Source: a virus
Lineage: Duplodnaviria; Heunggongvirae; Uroviricota; Caudoviricetes
Reading direction: 5' to 3' (one strand)
Virus record (IMG/VR): IMGVR_UViG_3300035521_000566
Length of the DNA: 30,440 nucleotides
Of the stretch, positions 7,393 to 15,385 are shown one piece after another. The translations under genes were made by a program, and so were the position numbers. The notes below the pieces were generated by a model. It was not told where the DNA came from. It ran no database searches and was given only the letters and a program-made list of their open reading frames with translations. Each line of letters opens with the position of its first letter. Position 1 is the stretch's first letter.

Positions 7393-9266
7393 TATAATCT
7401 ATTCCTCTCCTTTCTGTGTGCATCAATGCCTAATTGTAAATTCTGCTGGAACACTACGTTGTCAAAATCACGACGAATATAACAAATATCCTGATTTCGT
7501 GTTGTGACAAGCCGTGCCAAGTCTGGTGGAATCTCCTGCCCCATAAGCTTCTGATAATCCTGTACATTCGTCTCTGACATATTACCTAAGATAGTGTAAT
7601 TTGCTTTATCAAAGTGTGAAAACTCTTTATCCTTCAACATCTTCTCAATGTTGTTATAAAGATAAACCACACGACCCCCATTGTCCCAAAGACGTTCACA
7701 ACAAGTTGTAATATAGTCTTTTACACCATCGTCAATAAGTTCAGTACCGTGAATGATAACAGTATCACCCCTGCCAAGAGAACCTACGGCAAATGCAACA
7801 ATATTTACAAGCTGTGCCATTGCGATACCTTTACCACGGAGCATCAAGCTTGAGAAATCATAGATAACTCGACGTCCGTCCTTTGCACCATCAATAGCTG
7901 GCTTTGTAGTTGTATTAAATAAATCACCATTGTTTGTCAGCATATTCTTAAATGTTACTCTAAGCACTGACAAAGCATGTAATCTTTCATCATCTCTTGC
8001 TGTAGCATTCACCATTGCTTTATATTCTGTATCAAGATACGATACAAACATCTGCAGCTTTGGTACCTGCTCATGTGGAATACCTACAACACGAAGTTTC
8101 TTACGATTACGAATTGCGTCATCATACCACATTCTATTATCTACATAGAACTTTGTAGCAATTTCCTCAAGAGAACCTCGAATGATACTTCGGTCACTAT
8201 CCGTTGTCTGATATGCCTGTTCAGCCATAAGAACCAGTTTCTGCATCTGAGCTGGAAATACAGATAATTCTTCATCTTCAGTACCAAACATTTCAAACAT
8301 ATTTACATCGCCATGATTCATATCAACTCTATATGTAAATGAATTAAATGCTGGTCCCAACTCATCTAACTTAGCACCATCTAATATAAGATGCACTGTT
8401 CTGTGTCCGCCTAACAGACAACTCTGAGAAATCTTACTACCCCATACATCAGCTGTATGGGCTCTGTTCAGCTCAGAATCATAATTCTCATTTGCAATGA
8501 CTGTATGATGTCTGTAATTATCTACATCAAACAAAACCGCTGAGTTATTTACATCGCCAATCATATAACCTACATACTCACCAGCTGGGTCTTCCAGACC
8601 ATGTGTTACGATATTATATGAACCTGCATATTCTGTTGATGTAAAATAAAAGCCATGACCGAGCTTCTTATCTGGCGGATTGAAAAGCTCTGTAAGTTCT
8701 CTTCTCTGCTCACCCATATAAGGAGCTGCCTCTAATGTGGCAAATCGGTCTATATACAGTCTTGAAATCTTCTGAAGTGCGTCATCCAATTTCTCTAATG
8801 TTGGTGCCTTTACAAGCAGACGATACTGACAATGTAAATATGATGCTCCATTCTGAATTTCCTGAGCAACCATCTGCAAATCATATTCCCTTGTTGCTGC
8901 TCTCATCTTTGTTGTATTTGTACCGACCTGACCCTGTTCTTTCGCATTCATTCCTGCAACCTGTTCAGCTTTGGTCTGATGCTGTGTCAACCACTTTTCA
9001 TCCATACGATGTATGTTTTCAAAGCAAAATGTTGAAACATCCTGTGCCAAACCACTTGGTATTCTGTTAATACCCCAGAATACACCGAAATTATCGGTTG
9101 CACCCTCTGTATGAAAGAAGCTCAACACTGAGGCTACTGAGTTGTCAATTTCAAAGTAATCACTATGAAATACATACTTCTCATTTGGCTTCATTGCAAG
9201 TAGATGTGGAAAATTCGAAAATGCATGTGGGTCTTCTTTTTTCTTCTTCTTTTTGCCAAATGCCAT
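7392..9266 (-). CDS. VirB4/TrsE-like protein with degenerate Walker motifs (624 aa)
   Basis: N-terminal DYF..., ...LQMVAQEIQNG..YLHCQYRLLVKAPTLEKL...EQRRELTELF layout fits TrsE/VirB4; the C-terminal order (RVIYDFSSL, TVIIHGTE, RVVYLYN, ANYTILG) follows the VirB4 C-terminal domain, but there is no GxxxxGK[ST] anywhere. Confidence 0.65.
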   Translation of the reverse strand: MAFGKKKKKKEDPHAFSNFPHLLAMKPNEKYVFHSDYFEIDNSVASVLSFFHTEGATDNFGVFWGINRIPSGLAQDVSTFCFENIHRMDEKWLTQHQTKAEQVAGMNAKEQGQVGTNTTKMRAATREYDLQMVAQEIQNGASYLHCQYRLLVKAPTLEKLDDALQKISRLYIDRFATLEAAPYMGEQRRELTELFNPPDKKLGHGFYFTSTEYAGSYNIVTHGLEDPAGEYVGYMIGDVNNSAVLFDVDNYRHHTVIANENYDSELNRAHTADVWGSKISQSCLLGGHRTVHLILDGAKLDELGPAFNSFTYRVDMNHGDVNMFEMFGTEDEELSVFPAQMQKLVLMAEQAYQTTDSDRSIIRGSLEEIATKFYVDNRMWYDDAIRNRKKLRVVGIPHEQVPKLQMFVSYLDTEYKAMVNATARDDERLHALSVLRVTFKNMLTNNGDLFNTTTKPAIDGAKDGRRVIYDFSSLMLRGKGIAMAQLVNIVAFAVGSLGRGDTVIIHGTELIDDGVKDYITTCCERLWDNGGRVVYLYNNIEKMLKDKEFSHFDKANYTILGNMSETNVQDYQKLMGQEIPPDLARLVTTRNQDICYIRRDFDNVVFQQNLQLGIDAHRKERNRL

Positions 9267-10144
9267 TACATTAAGTCTCCTTTCTTATAGATTGAACCTA
9301 AAAACTCAGTAATATCGTCTTCATACAATGCAACACAAGATTTGAACATTCTTGTTGAATTTTCTACCTCTGCCTGAAGTACATTTTTATTCTGAGTCAA
9401 GGCTTCTTTGTTATTAGCCTTAATAACTAAATACTGATGAATAGATTTGAACTGTGCTCCTACATAATTCTGCAGTGTATCAAACTGGTCTTCCGCCAGA
9501 GCCTTAAGTTCATCATCATTCTTGCCAAGTCTATCGTATTTACGTTTCAAGGCTGCAACCTGTCTGTACACCTTCTGTGGTTCCTTGACTGTTACGAATA
9601 TTATATCACAATTAGTACCAATCTTACGAAAGAATGAATCTACTCGTGAAATAATTGCGTCTTTGTCTTTGTCAAATAACAAGATTGATGCAGCACCAGT
9701 AATTCTGTAAATATAACCGAATGAACCATCTACGTATTCAATCAGTCCATTCTCGTTAATTTTACGAGTTCTGACAATTCCCATAAACTCATTTGCTGGC
9801 ATCGTTCTTCTGACAATTACGTGTCGATTTAGTTTCGGTATATATTCCACCAACGTAGGTATTATCTGCACTTTCATTCGCCGTGTTTTGTCATATGATA
9901 CCATAACGGATGTTAGTCCCATCCAAATAATGCCAAACAAAATCTGTTGCCACAACTTACCGTCAGCTACGAATGAATGAGAAATCATCCAGAATAAAAC
10001 AACAGCTGAGCCGAGGAACGTCAGAATAACTTTAATCGGTAATGGTTTCAAACCCATACCGTCTTTACTCTGAATAGCAATTTCCATATCAGCATAACTG
10101 GCATTCAAATCGTGTGGAATCTTATATGCCTCTTTCACTGCCAT
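9266..10144 (-). CDS. VirB3/PrgI-like two-TM protein fused to a TrsD-like soluble domain (292 aa)
   Basis: Start moved to ATG 10144 (MAVKEAY) because AGGAG lies 11 nt upstream; two TM helices, then ~200 soluble residues; TAATG-coupled to the VirB4-like gene. The TrsD-like call is by recalled pattern and position. Confidence 0.5.
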   Translation of the reverse strand: MAVKEAYKIPHDLNASYADMEIAIQSKDGMGLKPLPIKVILTFLGSAVVLFWMISHSFVADGKLWQQILFGIIWMGLTSVMVSYDKTRRMKVQIIPTLVEYIPKLNRHVIVRRTMPANEFMGIVRTRKINENGLIEYVDGSFGYIYRITGAASILLFDKDKDAIISRVDSFFRKIGTNCDIIFVTVKEPQKVYRQVAALKRKYDRLGKNDDELKALAEDQFDTLQNYVGAQFKSIHQYLVIKANNKEALTQNKNVLQAEVENSTRMFKSCVALYEDDITEFLGSIYKKGDLM

Positions 10145-10196
10145 AACAGGTATAACTCCTTTCTCTTTAAATTCTTTTAATATATAACGAAATGCA

Positions 10197-10218
10197 AGGA
10201 GAGTCGAAAGACTCACCT
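10197..10218. other. Short hairpin between the topoisomerase and VirB3-like genes
   Basis: AGG(A)GAGTC-GAAA-GACTC(A)CCT; weak U-tract on the minus strand. Confidence 0.35.
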
Positions 10219-10248
10219 CACATTGTTATTGCTGCGTCAACGAATTAT

Positions 10249-12426
10249 TTATTTACGCTCAAGAATAATGCCCATAGAACCTTTTTCAGTCTTGCCGTAA
10301 TGTACTGTACAGGCAAAAGCATATCCTTTTTTAGAAATGCAGCCATCAATATCAATTGACTTGCCCTGCTCTAAGAGTGCCTTCTCATCATCAGTAAACT
10401 TATGCTGACACCACTCATCTGGCACACCCCGTTTTGCATTAGCAAAACCTGTTCTCTCAAATCCTACGAACTTATGTCCGTTATATGTCTGCTCAGCCAA
10501 CTTACCAGTAACGCCATACTCATTACCAGTCTTACTGATAAGTCCTGTAATTTCGATTTCATAGCCATCAAATAACTGGTCTAACTCATCCTGTGTGAAC
10601 TTGTGTCCACCCCACTCTGAGTTGATTCTGACTTTCTTGCCATTCCATGTTCCTTCTACCTTAGTTTTCTGAACCCCTGCGTTTTCCATAATGTTTAACT
10701 CCTTTCGCATCGTAACACTATTTTTCTTCATTGTTTCTATATCTTCACGAACCATTTGCTGAATCTGCTTCAAACACTCATCAGGATTTGCCTTGCCTGC
10801 TGCAATATCTTTCATCTCATTCATAACCTGTTCGGTAATCTTGAGATTTCCGATATTCGTACCAGGAAGCAATCCGTAACTCATCTGTCCATACTGCGTC
10901 ATTGACAGCTTACCCTTTTTCTCTAAGAGAAGTGGATATTTAGATTTCTCATTCGTAACTTCAGCATATGTACTCGTTCTTGTAGCACCAGTTCCTACAT
11001 CGTATTTTTCGAGCTGCTTCATCAGCCACTTCATTGTAGGTACTGGAGGCTTTGGTGGAAAACCTTCATGAATATAAGGCTTAGCTATTGTTCCAAGACC
11101 CTTGCCTGTATCATCGTCATCGTTGTCATCCATATCCGAGAAAATAGCTTTATAACCCATCTTCTTCGGAACTGAAGCTGAACCTGTAAACGACGGATAC
11201 TTTTCCAAGTGACCTTTCTGTGCCTCATACTCGTAATCTTCTCCAAGCATTGCCAAATAGTTACGAGCTAATATTGTATAAATCTCAACAGCACATGAAC
11301 CATACTGCTGAAGGTCACTTAATGATTTTGGAACATTTAATCCAGGTCTGTTAGCACCATGTGCACATCCTGTCTTAACATGTGTGTTACGAGCCTGTCT
11401 ATGAGTTAATAAACTCTTATCAACGCCAACAAGGTCTGCAATTGCATCAACCTTTGGCAACAACTCGTTAAACTGCTCTGGCGTAATGAACTTATCTTCT
11501 GTTCTAGGATAAGAAACAACCTGTGCTTCGTACATCTTCTGATATACTGCAAGCACATCCTTTGCTTTTACGCCCTTACCAGCTAACATTGAAGATAATG
11601 TTGACAAATCAATCAACTTTGGTGGAGCCGTATGCTTTATCTCTTTACTATCTACAATCACTGGCGAATCACTGTAATTCTTAGGAACCTGTGATTTATC
11701 TGGGAACGACGGCTCGTCCTTGCTGGAAAAGACATTTCCATTCTCATCTTTAAACTTGTTCTGATAGAACGGAATCTTTTTATACTCTGCGACAGCCTTT
11801 AAACCGTCGCCTACTATCAGCACCATACTGGACTTTAATCGTCCCTGTCTCAATACTGAAAAACCATCACCAAACTTCGTTGCAATTCTTGTAAACTGCA
11901 TTGACAAGAAATCCCACTTGGAACGATACAGGGCTTTCACATAGTCCATATCCTGTGCCATACTTGGAATTGTCTTACGATTCACAAATGCCTTCTGAAT
12001 AGATTTAGGAGCTTCATCAGCAAAGTAAAGTCTTGACCACTTCTTAGGTCTTAAATTCAGCTCATCTAAAATCTCCCATGCAAGCAACTCGCCTTCGCCC
12101 GTTGGGTCATCATCAGTTGCAATCGCAATCTCATCACACTGTGAAAGTACATCTTTAATCTGCTTCAACGTGGCTGCTGTGTCTTTCTTCTTGGTCCTTG
12201 TCCAATTGAAATCCTGCTCATTCCACGGAAGATTCTCAATATTCCAAGTCTTATATCTTGCAGCTAATGCAGGTGCAACCTGTTTCTCAGGGTCTACATA
12301 TTCATATAAGTGTCCCCTCGCTGCTACAAGTACATAATCTTCGCCATTGTACTTCCCCTTTGTTCCACCCAACGCAGCTGCAAAGTTCCGCATCTGTGAA
12401 GGTTTTTCGTTCAAAATACCTATCAT
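10249..12426 (-). CDS. topB: Type IA DNA topoisomerase (topoisomerase III-like, conjugative-element type) with two C-terminal repeats
   Basis: TOPRIM ILNEKPS, ARGHL, IATDDD..GE; QGRLKS; active-site SYPRTED (Tyr codon 11511-11509); GTGATR; two repeats (EWGGHKFTQDEL..G..I.I.G.ISK.G; EWCQHKFTDDE..G..I.I.G.ISK.G). Confidence 0.92.
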   Translation of the reverse strand: MIGILNEKPSQMRNFAAALGGTKGKYNGEDYVLVAARGHLYEYVDPEKQVAPALAARYKTWNIENLPWNEQDFNWTRTKKKDTAATLKQIKDVLSQCDEIAIATDDDPTGEGELLAWEILDELNLRPKKWSRLYFADEAPKSIQKAFVNRKTIPSMAQDMDYVKALYRSKWDFLSMQFTRIATKFGDGFSVLRQGRLKSSMVLIVGDGLKAVAEYKKIPFYQNKFKDENGNVFSSKDEPSFPDKSQVPKNYSDSPVIVDSKEIKHTAPPKLIDLSTLSSMLAGKGVKAKDVLAVYQKMYEAQVVSYPRTEDKFITPEQFNELLPKVDAIADLVGVDKSLLTHRQARNTHVKTGCAHGANRPGLNVPKSLSDLQQYGSCAVEIYTILARNYLAMLGEDYEYEAQKGHLEKYPSFTGSASVPKKMGYKAIFSDMDDNDDDDTGKGLGTIAKPYIHEGFPPKPPVPTMKWLMKQLEKYDVGTGATRTSTYAEVTNEKSKYPLLLEKKGKLSMTQYGQMSYGLLPGTNIGNLKITEQVMNEMKDIAAGKANPDECLKQIQQMVREDIETMKKNSVTMRKELNIMENAGVQKTKVEGTWNGKKVRINSEWGGHKFTQDELDQLFDGYEIEITGLISKTGNEYGVTGKLAEQTYNGHKFVGFERTGFANAKRGVPDEWCQHKFTDDEKALLEQGKSIDIDGCISKKGYAFACTVHYGKTEKGSMGIILERK

Positions 12427-12510
12427 ATTGTAATTCTCCTTTCGGGCGTCAACGTTTTCTCTCAGACGTTTGCCGTAATAATTGCAAGGTAAACAAACCC
12501 TTACTGGAAT

Positions 12511-12539
12511 ATAATAACATATTCGGCTTTTAAATGCAA
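12511..12539 (-). promoter_or_regulatory. P3 promoter (topoisomerase-T4SS operon)
   Basis: TTGCAT (12539-12534), 17 bp, TGn-TATTAT (12516-12511). Confidence 0.6.
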
Positions 12540-12548
12540 TAAAAAATG

Positions 12549-12560
12549 CTTATTTATGAG
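12549..12560. promoter_or_regulatory. Candidate operator 3, CTCATAAATAAG (minus strand), 9 bp upstream of the P3 -35
   Basis: Plus strand reads CTTATTTATGAG. Confidence 0.6.
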
Positions 12561-12563
12561 AAG

Positions 12564-12592
12564 AAAAAAGAGGCTCGATAAAATCGAGCCTT
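12564..12592 (-). terminator. Intrinsic terminator
   Basis: AGGCTCGAT-AAA-ATCGAGCCT perfect 9-bp stem, followed on the minus strand by CTTTTTTC. Confidence 0.85.
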
Positions 12593-12599
12593 GAATTTA

Positions 12600-13088
12600 T
12601 TACTCAGTATTTGATTTGCTGCCGCTCTCATCAATATCTTCTGTCAACACCGTATACTCAGAATTATCAGCATACCACTGCTCTACCTGTTGACGATTAT
12701 CTACAAAATAACATTTGTTTGTTCGCTTATACTGAACTGTACGTACTGTCATCTTTACATCTGGATATTTTGATGAAATTACCTGCACATCATAGCTTTC
12801 TGAAAAGCCACAAACCTCAAATTCTTCTCCAGGATATGTGTCGCTTAAATACGACATCATAGCCTTAATTGTCTTATCACTTTCAACTGAACACTCATAC
12901 AAAACTTTCCCATCTGCAGTAATAGTATCATTTGTTACATAATCTGAATAAATCATTCTGCCTAATAATTCAGCCGTAATTATAATAATCACCCCTAAAA
13001 ATATCACCCAGCAGACAAGTATATTATGTATGATAGCCCGATTACGCTCATTCTTAATAAGAGTATTATCATCTATTGACTTATCCAT
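12600..13088 (-). CDS. Hypothetical single-TM protein (162 aa)
   Basis: One hydrophobic helix near the N-terminus; YLSDTYPGEEFEV motif; AAAGGA upstream. Confidence 0.7.
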   Translation of the reverse strand: MDKSIDDNTLIKNERNRAIIHNILVCWVIFLGVIIIITAELLGRMIYSDYVTNDTITADGKVLYECSVESDKTIKAMMSYLSDTYPGEEFEVCGFSESYDVQVISSKYPDVKMTVRTVQYKRTNKCYFVDNRQQVEQWYADNSEYTVLTEDIDESGSKSNTE

Positions 13089-13118
13089 AATTCAGTAATA
13101 CCGTCCTTTCATACAGAA

Positions 13119-13151
13119 GGTGAGCCAAGTTTAAAGCAACTTCAGCTCACC
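13119..13151. other. Intergenic hairpin
   Basis: GGTGAGC-c-AAGTT-taaagc-AACTT-ca-GCTCACC; no good U-tract. Confidence 0.45.
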
Positions 13152-13157
13152 CAATGT

Positions 13158-13433
13158 TTAATATCCAAATGTAAAGCTTGAATGAATGACTGATGTATGA
13201 CATAAAGACAAATTCCTGTCCAGCATATTATTAAAACTATCTGATATTATTGCCTTTATTTCGTCGGCGTTCTCAACACTCTCTGATTCGCTTATATTAC
13301 TTATATCATCAGCAATAGATTCTGCTGTCTGACCAAGATTCTGGTCCGCAGTGTTTACTTCAGATAATCCACAACCAGTCGCCGACATAGCAGTCAACAT
13401 CAATGCACATATGGCAAGTGCCTTCTTAACCAT
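13158..13433 (-). CDS. Small putative lipoprotein (91 aa)
   Basis: MVKK + hydrophobic core + SATG|C lipobox; GAGGGAG RBS; TAATG-coupled to the upstream gene. Confidence 0.7.
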   Translation of the reverse strand: MVKKALAICALMLTAMSATGCGLSEVNTADQNLGQTAESIADDISNISESESVENADEIKAIISDSFNNMLDRNLSLCHTSVIHSSFTFGY

Positions 13434-13864
13434 TATAAATCGTCTCCCTCATAATATTCGATTTCCCCATCGTAATTCTCGTCATCAGTGTCATTATCAT
13501 GCCACTTAAAACTGCCATCTGATTTCTGAGAAATCTGAGCGTCTTCCATTAAGTGACTAGAGTGAATCGGGTCAGCAACAATCATACTACGTCTGTTTTG
13601 TCTGGTATAATCGTTCATCATCTTGTACTCTGTTATAAAGCCAAGACCATCATCACGAACAATACCCTGATGTAAGTCGTCGTCTTTGTAATACATCAAT
13701 TCACCATTTCGATAACCGAGTCCCAATAATGCAGCAATTGCATTTATCTGAGTCGGCGAAAGTGTCATCTTGATGTATGTTGACTGCATCTCTTTTGGAA
13801 TAGGTGCCCCATCCCTATGTATATGCAGCGTCATGCCTGAAACCCATAACCCGTCAATAAACAT
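13433..13864 (-). CDS. Hypothetical protein (143 aa)
   Basis: GAGGT RBS; operon-coupled; acidic tail. Confidence 0.75.
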   Translation of the reverse strand: MFIDGLWVSGMTLHIHRDGAPIPKEMQSTYIKMTLSPTQINAIAALLGLGYRNGELMYYKDDDLHQGIVRDDGLGFITEYKMMNDYTRQNRRSMIVADPIHSSHLMEDAQISQKSDGSFKWHDNDTDDENYDGEIEYYEGDDL

Positions 13865-13917
13865 TATATCTACCTCACTTTCTTAGACACTGTTTTGATA
13901 TAAACAGCACCCATTTA

Positions 13918-14310
13918 TTATTCATCTGAATCAATATTATTAGATTCATCAGACTCTTCGTTTTCGTTATCTTCATTGCATCCAGTCAAATCGTTATCTG
14001 TCATGACTTTTCGAATGCGTGCTTCTTCACGCAAATCGTCTTCGATTTCATCTTTTGCTGTACTTAAATTGTAAAGCATAACACCAAACAGAACAACAAG
14101 AATGATACCGATTCCAATCAAAATGTTTCCTGTCATTGCTGTAGACTTAACATACTCACCTGCGGAATTTACTGGATTCTGAGCCATATCATTGCCTTTT
14201 GCACAGACTCCCAAACCAATTAAAATGCCCAGTGCATCAGTAACCTTGTACATAAGATAAGACGCATGGTCTTTCTTTGTTAACATTGATTTTCTTCGTT
14301 TGAACTTCAT
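13918..14310 (-). CDS. Hypothetical two-TM membrane protein (130 aa)
   Basis: AAAGGAG RBS; two hydrophobic segments; acidic tail. Confidence 0.75.
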   Translation of the reverse strand: MKFKRRKSMLTKKDHASYLMYKVTDALGILIGLGVCAKGNDMAQNPVNSAGEYVKSTAMTGNILIGIGIILVVLFGVMLYNLSTAKDEIEDDLREEARIRKVMTDNDLTGCNEDNENEESDESNNIDSDE

Positions 14311-14336
14311 GTCAAACTCCTTTCTGTTAAAACTTT

Positions 14337-15044
14337 TTAACGAATCGGTCTGCCGTTTTGAACAGCATCATGTTTACGCTTTGTATCAGCCTGTTCATCG
14401 ACTCGCTTCATTAAATCTTCAACTCCGTTTTCTAATAAATTTACGTCTCTAGGAGAACGTGCCTGTTCATTTCGATAACCTAATCTATCGAACGCAACAT
14501 ATGCCATTAAAAGATTCAAAGATTCAAGCATCTTTTTAATCTCTCTGACCGAATTTTCGAGCGAAGTAACTCGCTTCTCAATATTAGCAACTGTATGGTC
14601 GCCTTCCCAATCATCAACCAACTCTCGAATAGAATCCGAGATGGCAACATTTTTGCCAGACTTTACGTATACATATGCTGCCAGAGCATCAGTTTGATTC
14701 TGTGCTGATGGGAATTCCGATTTTGCTATTGCCAGCAAGTTCGTAGGAAAGTCTCTGATAGAGGCTTTCTCACTTGCTTTACGTCCTGCATGTGCTTTTG
14801 CAGAACGAGAAGATGTTCCAGTATGTTGAGCCGTCATTTTCTTAGATGTATCGTATACCTCAGTAGTAACATCAGTCTGACTTTTCTCAATAGCAACATC
14901 TTCTGTCGTAGCTGGTGGCTCCTCTGAAGGTTTTACTTCATCCTTTGGTCTTACTTTTGGAATGTCAGGGACAACATTATCTGGTGCCGTATTACCGCCC
15001 TTTTGAGATTGTATCTCAAGGATTTCTTCGTATGAAAGACCCAT
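14337..15044 (-). CDS. Hypothetical protein (235 aa): disordered N-terminus, possible degenerate RHH, coiled coil
   Basis: TAATG-coupled to the RHH gene; SIRDFP-TNLLAIAKSEF...NQTDALAAYVYVK has strand-helix-helix spacing; IEKRVTSLENSVREIKKML is heptad-like. Confidence 0.55.
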   Translation of the reverse strand: MGLSYEEILEIQSQKGGNTAPDNVVPDIPKVRPKDEVKPSEEPPATTEDVAIEKSQTDVTTEVYDTSKKMTAQHTGTSSRSAKAHAGRKASEKASIRDFPTNLLAIAKSEFPSAQNQTDALAAYVYVKSGKNVAISDSIRELVDDWEGDHTVANIEKRVTSLENSVREIKKMLESLNLLMAYVAFDRLGYRNEQARSPRDVNLLENGVEDLMKRVDEQADTKRKHDAVQNGRPIR

Positions 15045-15367
15045 TATACATCACCATCCTCGTCTTCTAACAAGTAGTTATCACCTCTTGTAAGACCTAA
15101 CAGCGAATCAAAACCTGATATAACAATCTGTTCCATACTGTTCACATTTGACGACAATACTGTTATTGCGTCTATCAGCTGATTCAATCTCTGCTGCTCT
15201 AATGTTGGCAGGTCATAATCTTCGTTTTCCCGTTTGATTGCACCTTCAATGGCGTCTCTCAGATACTCATTGATGGAACACTGATGCTGTGTAGCCCAGT
15301 ATGATACCTGCTGAAATAACTCCTCAGGAATCGTAGCTGTCACTCTATGATTAGAATTCTTAATCAT
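15044..15367 (-). CDS. Ribbon-helix-helix (CopG/Arc-like) DNA-binding protein (107 aa)
   Basis: Start moved to ATG 15367 (AAGGAG 8 nt upstream). HRVTATIPEELFQQVSYWATQHQCSINEYLRDAIEGAI is a classic RHH pattern, followed by a helical oligomerisation-like region. Confidence 0.75.
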   Translation of the reverse strand: MIKNSNHRVTATIPEELFQQVSYWATQHQCSINEYLRDAIEGAIKRENEDYDLPTLEQQRLNQLIDAITVLSSNVNSMEQIVISGFDSLLGLTRGDNYLLEDEDGDV

Positions 15368-15385
15368 ATATCTCACTCCTTATCT

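Noticed and set aside
7392-9266. Pseudogene call for the VirB4-like gene
   Set aside because: Uninterrupted 624-codon frame, good RBS and coupling at both ends.
7390-15050. TATAAT hexamers at gene junctions 7392, 13433 and 15044
   Set aside because: By-product of TA-TAATG stop/start overlaps; no matching -35 found.
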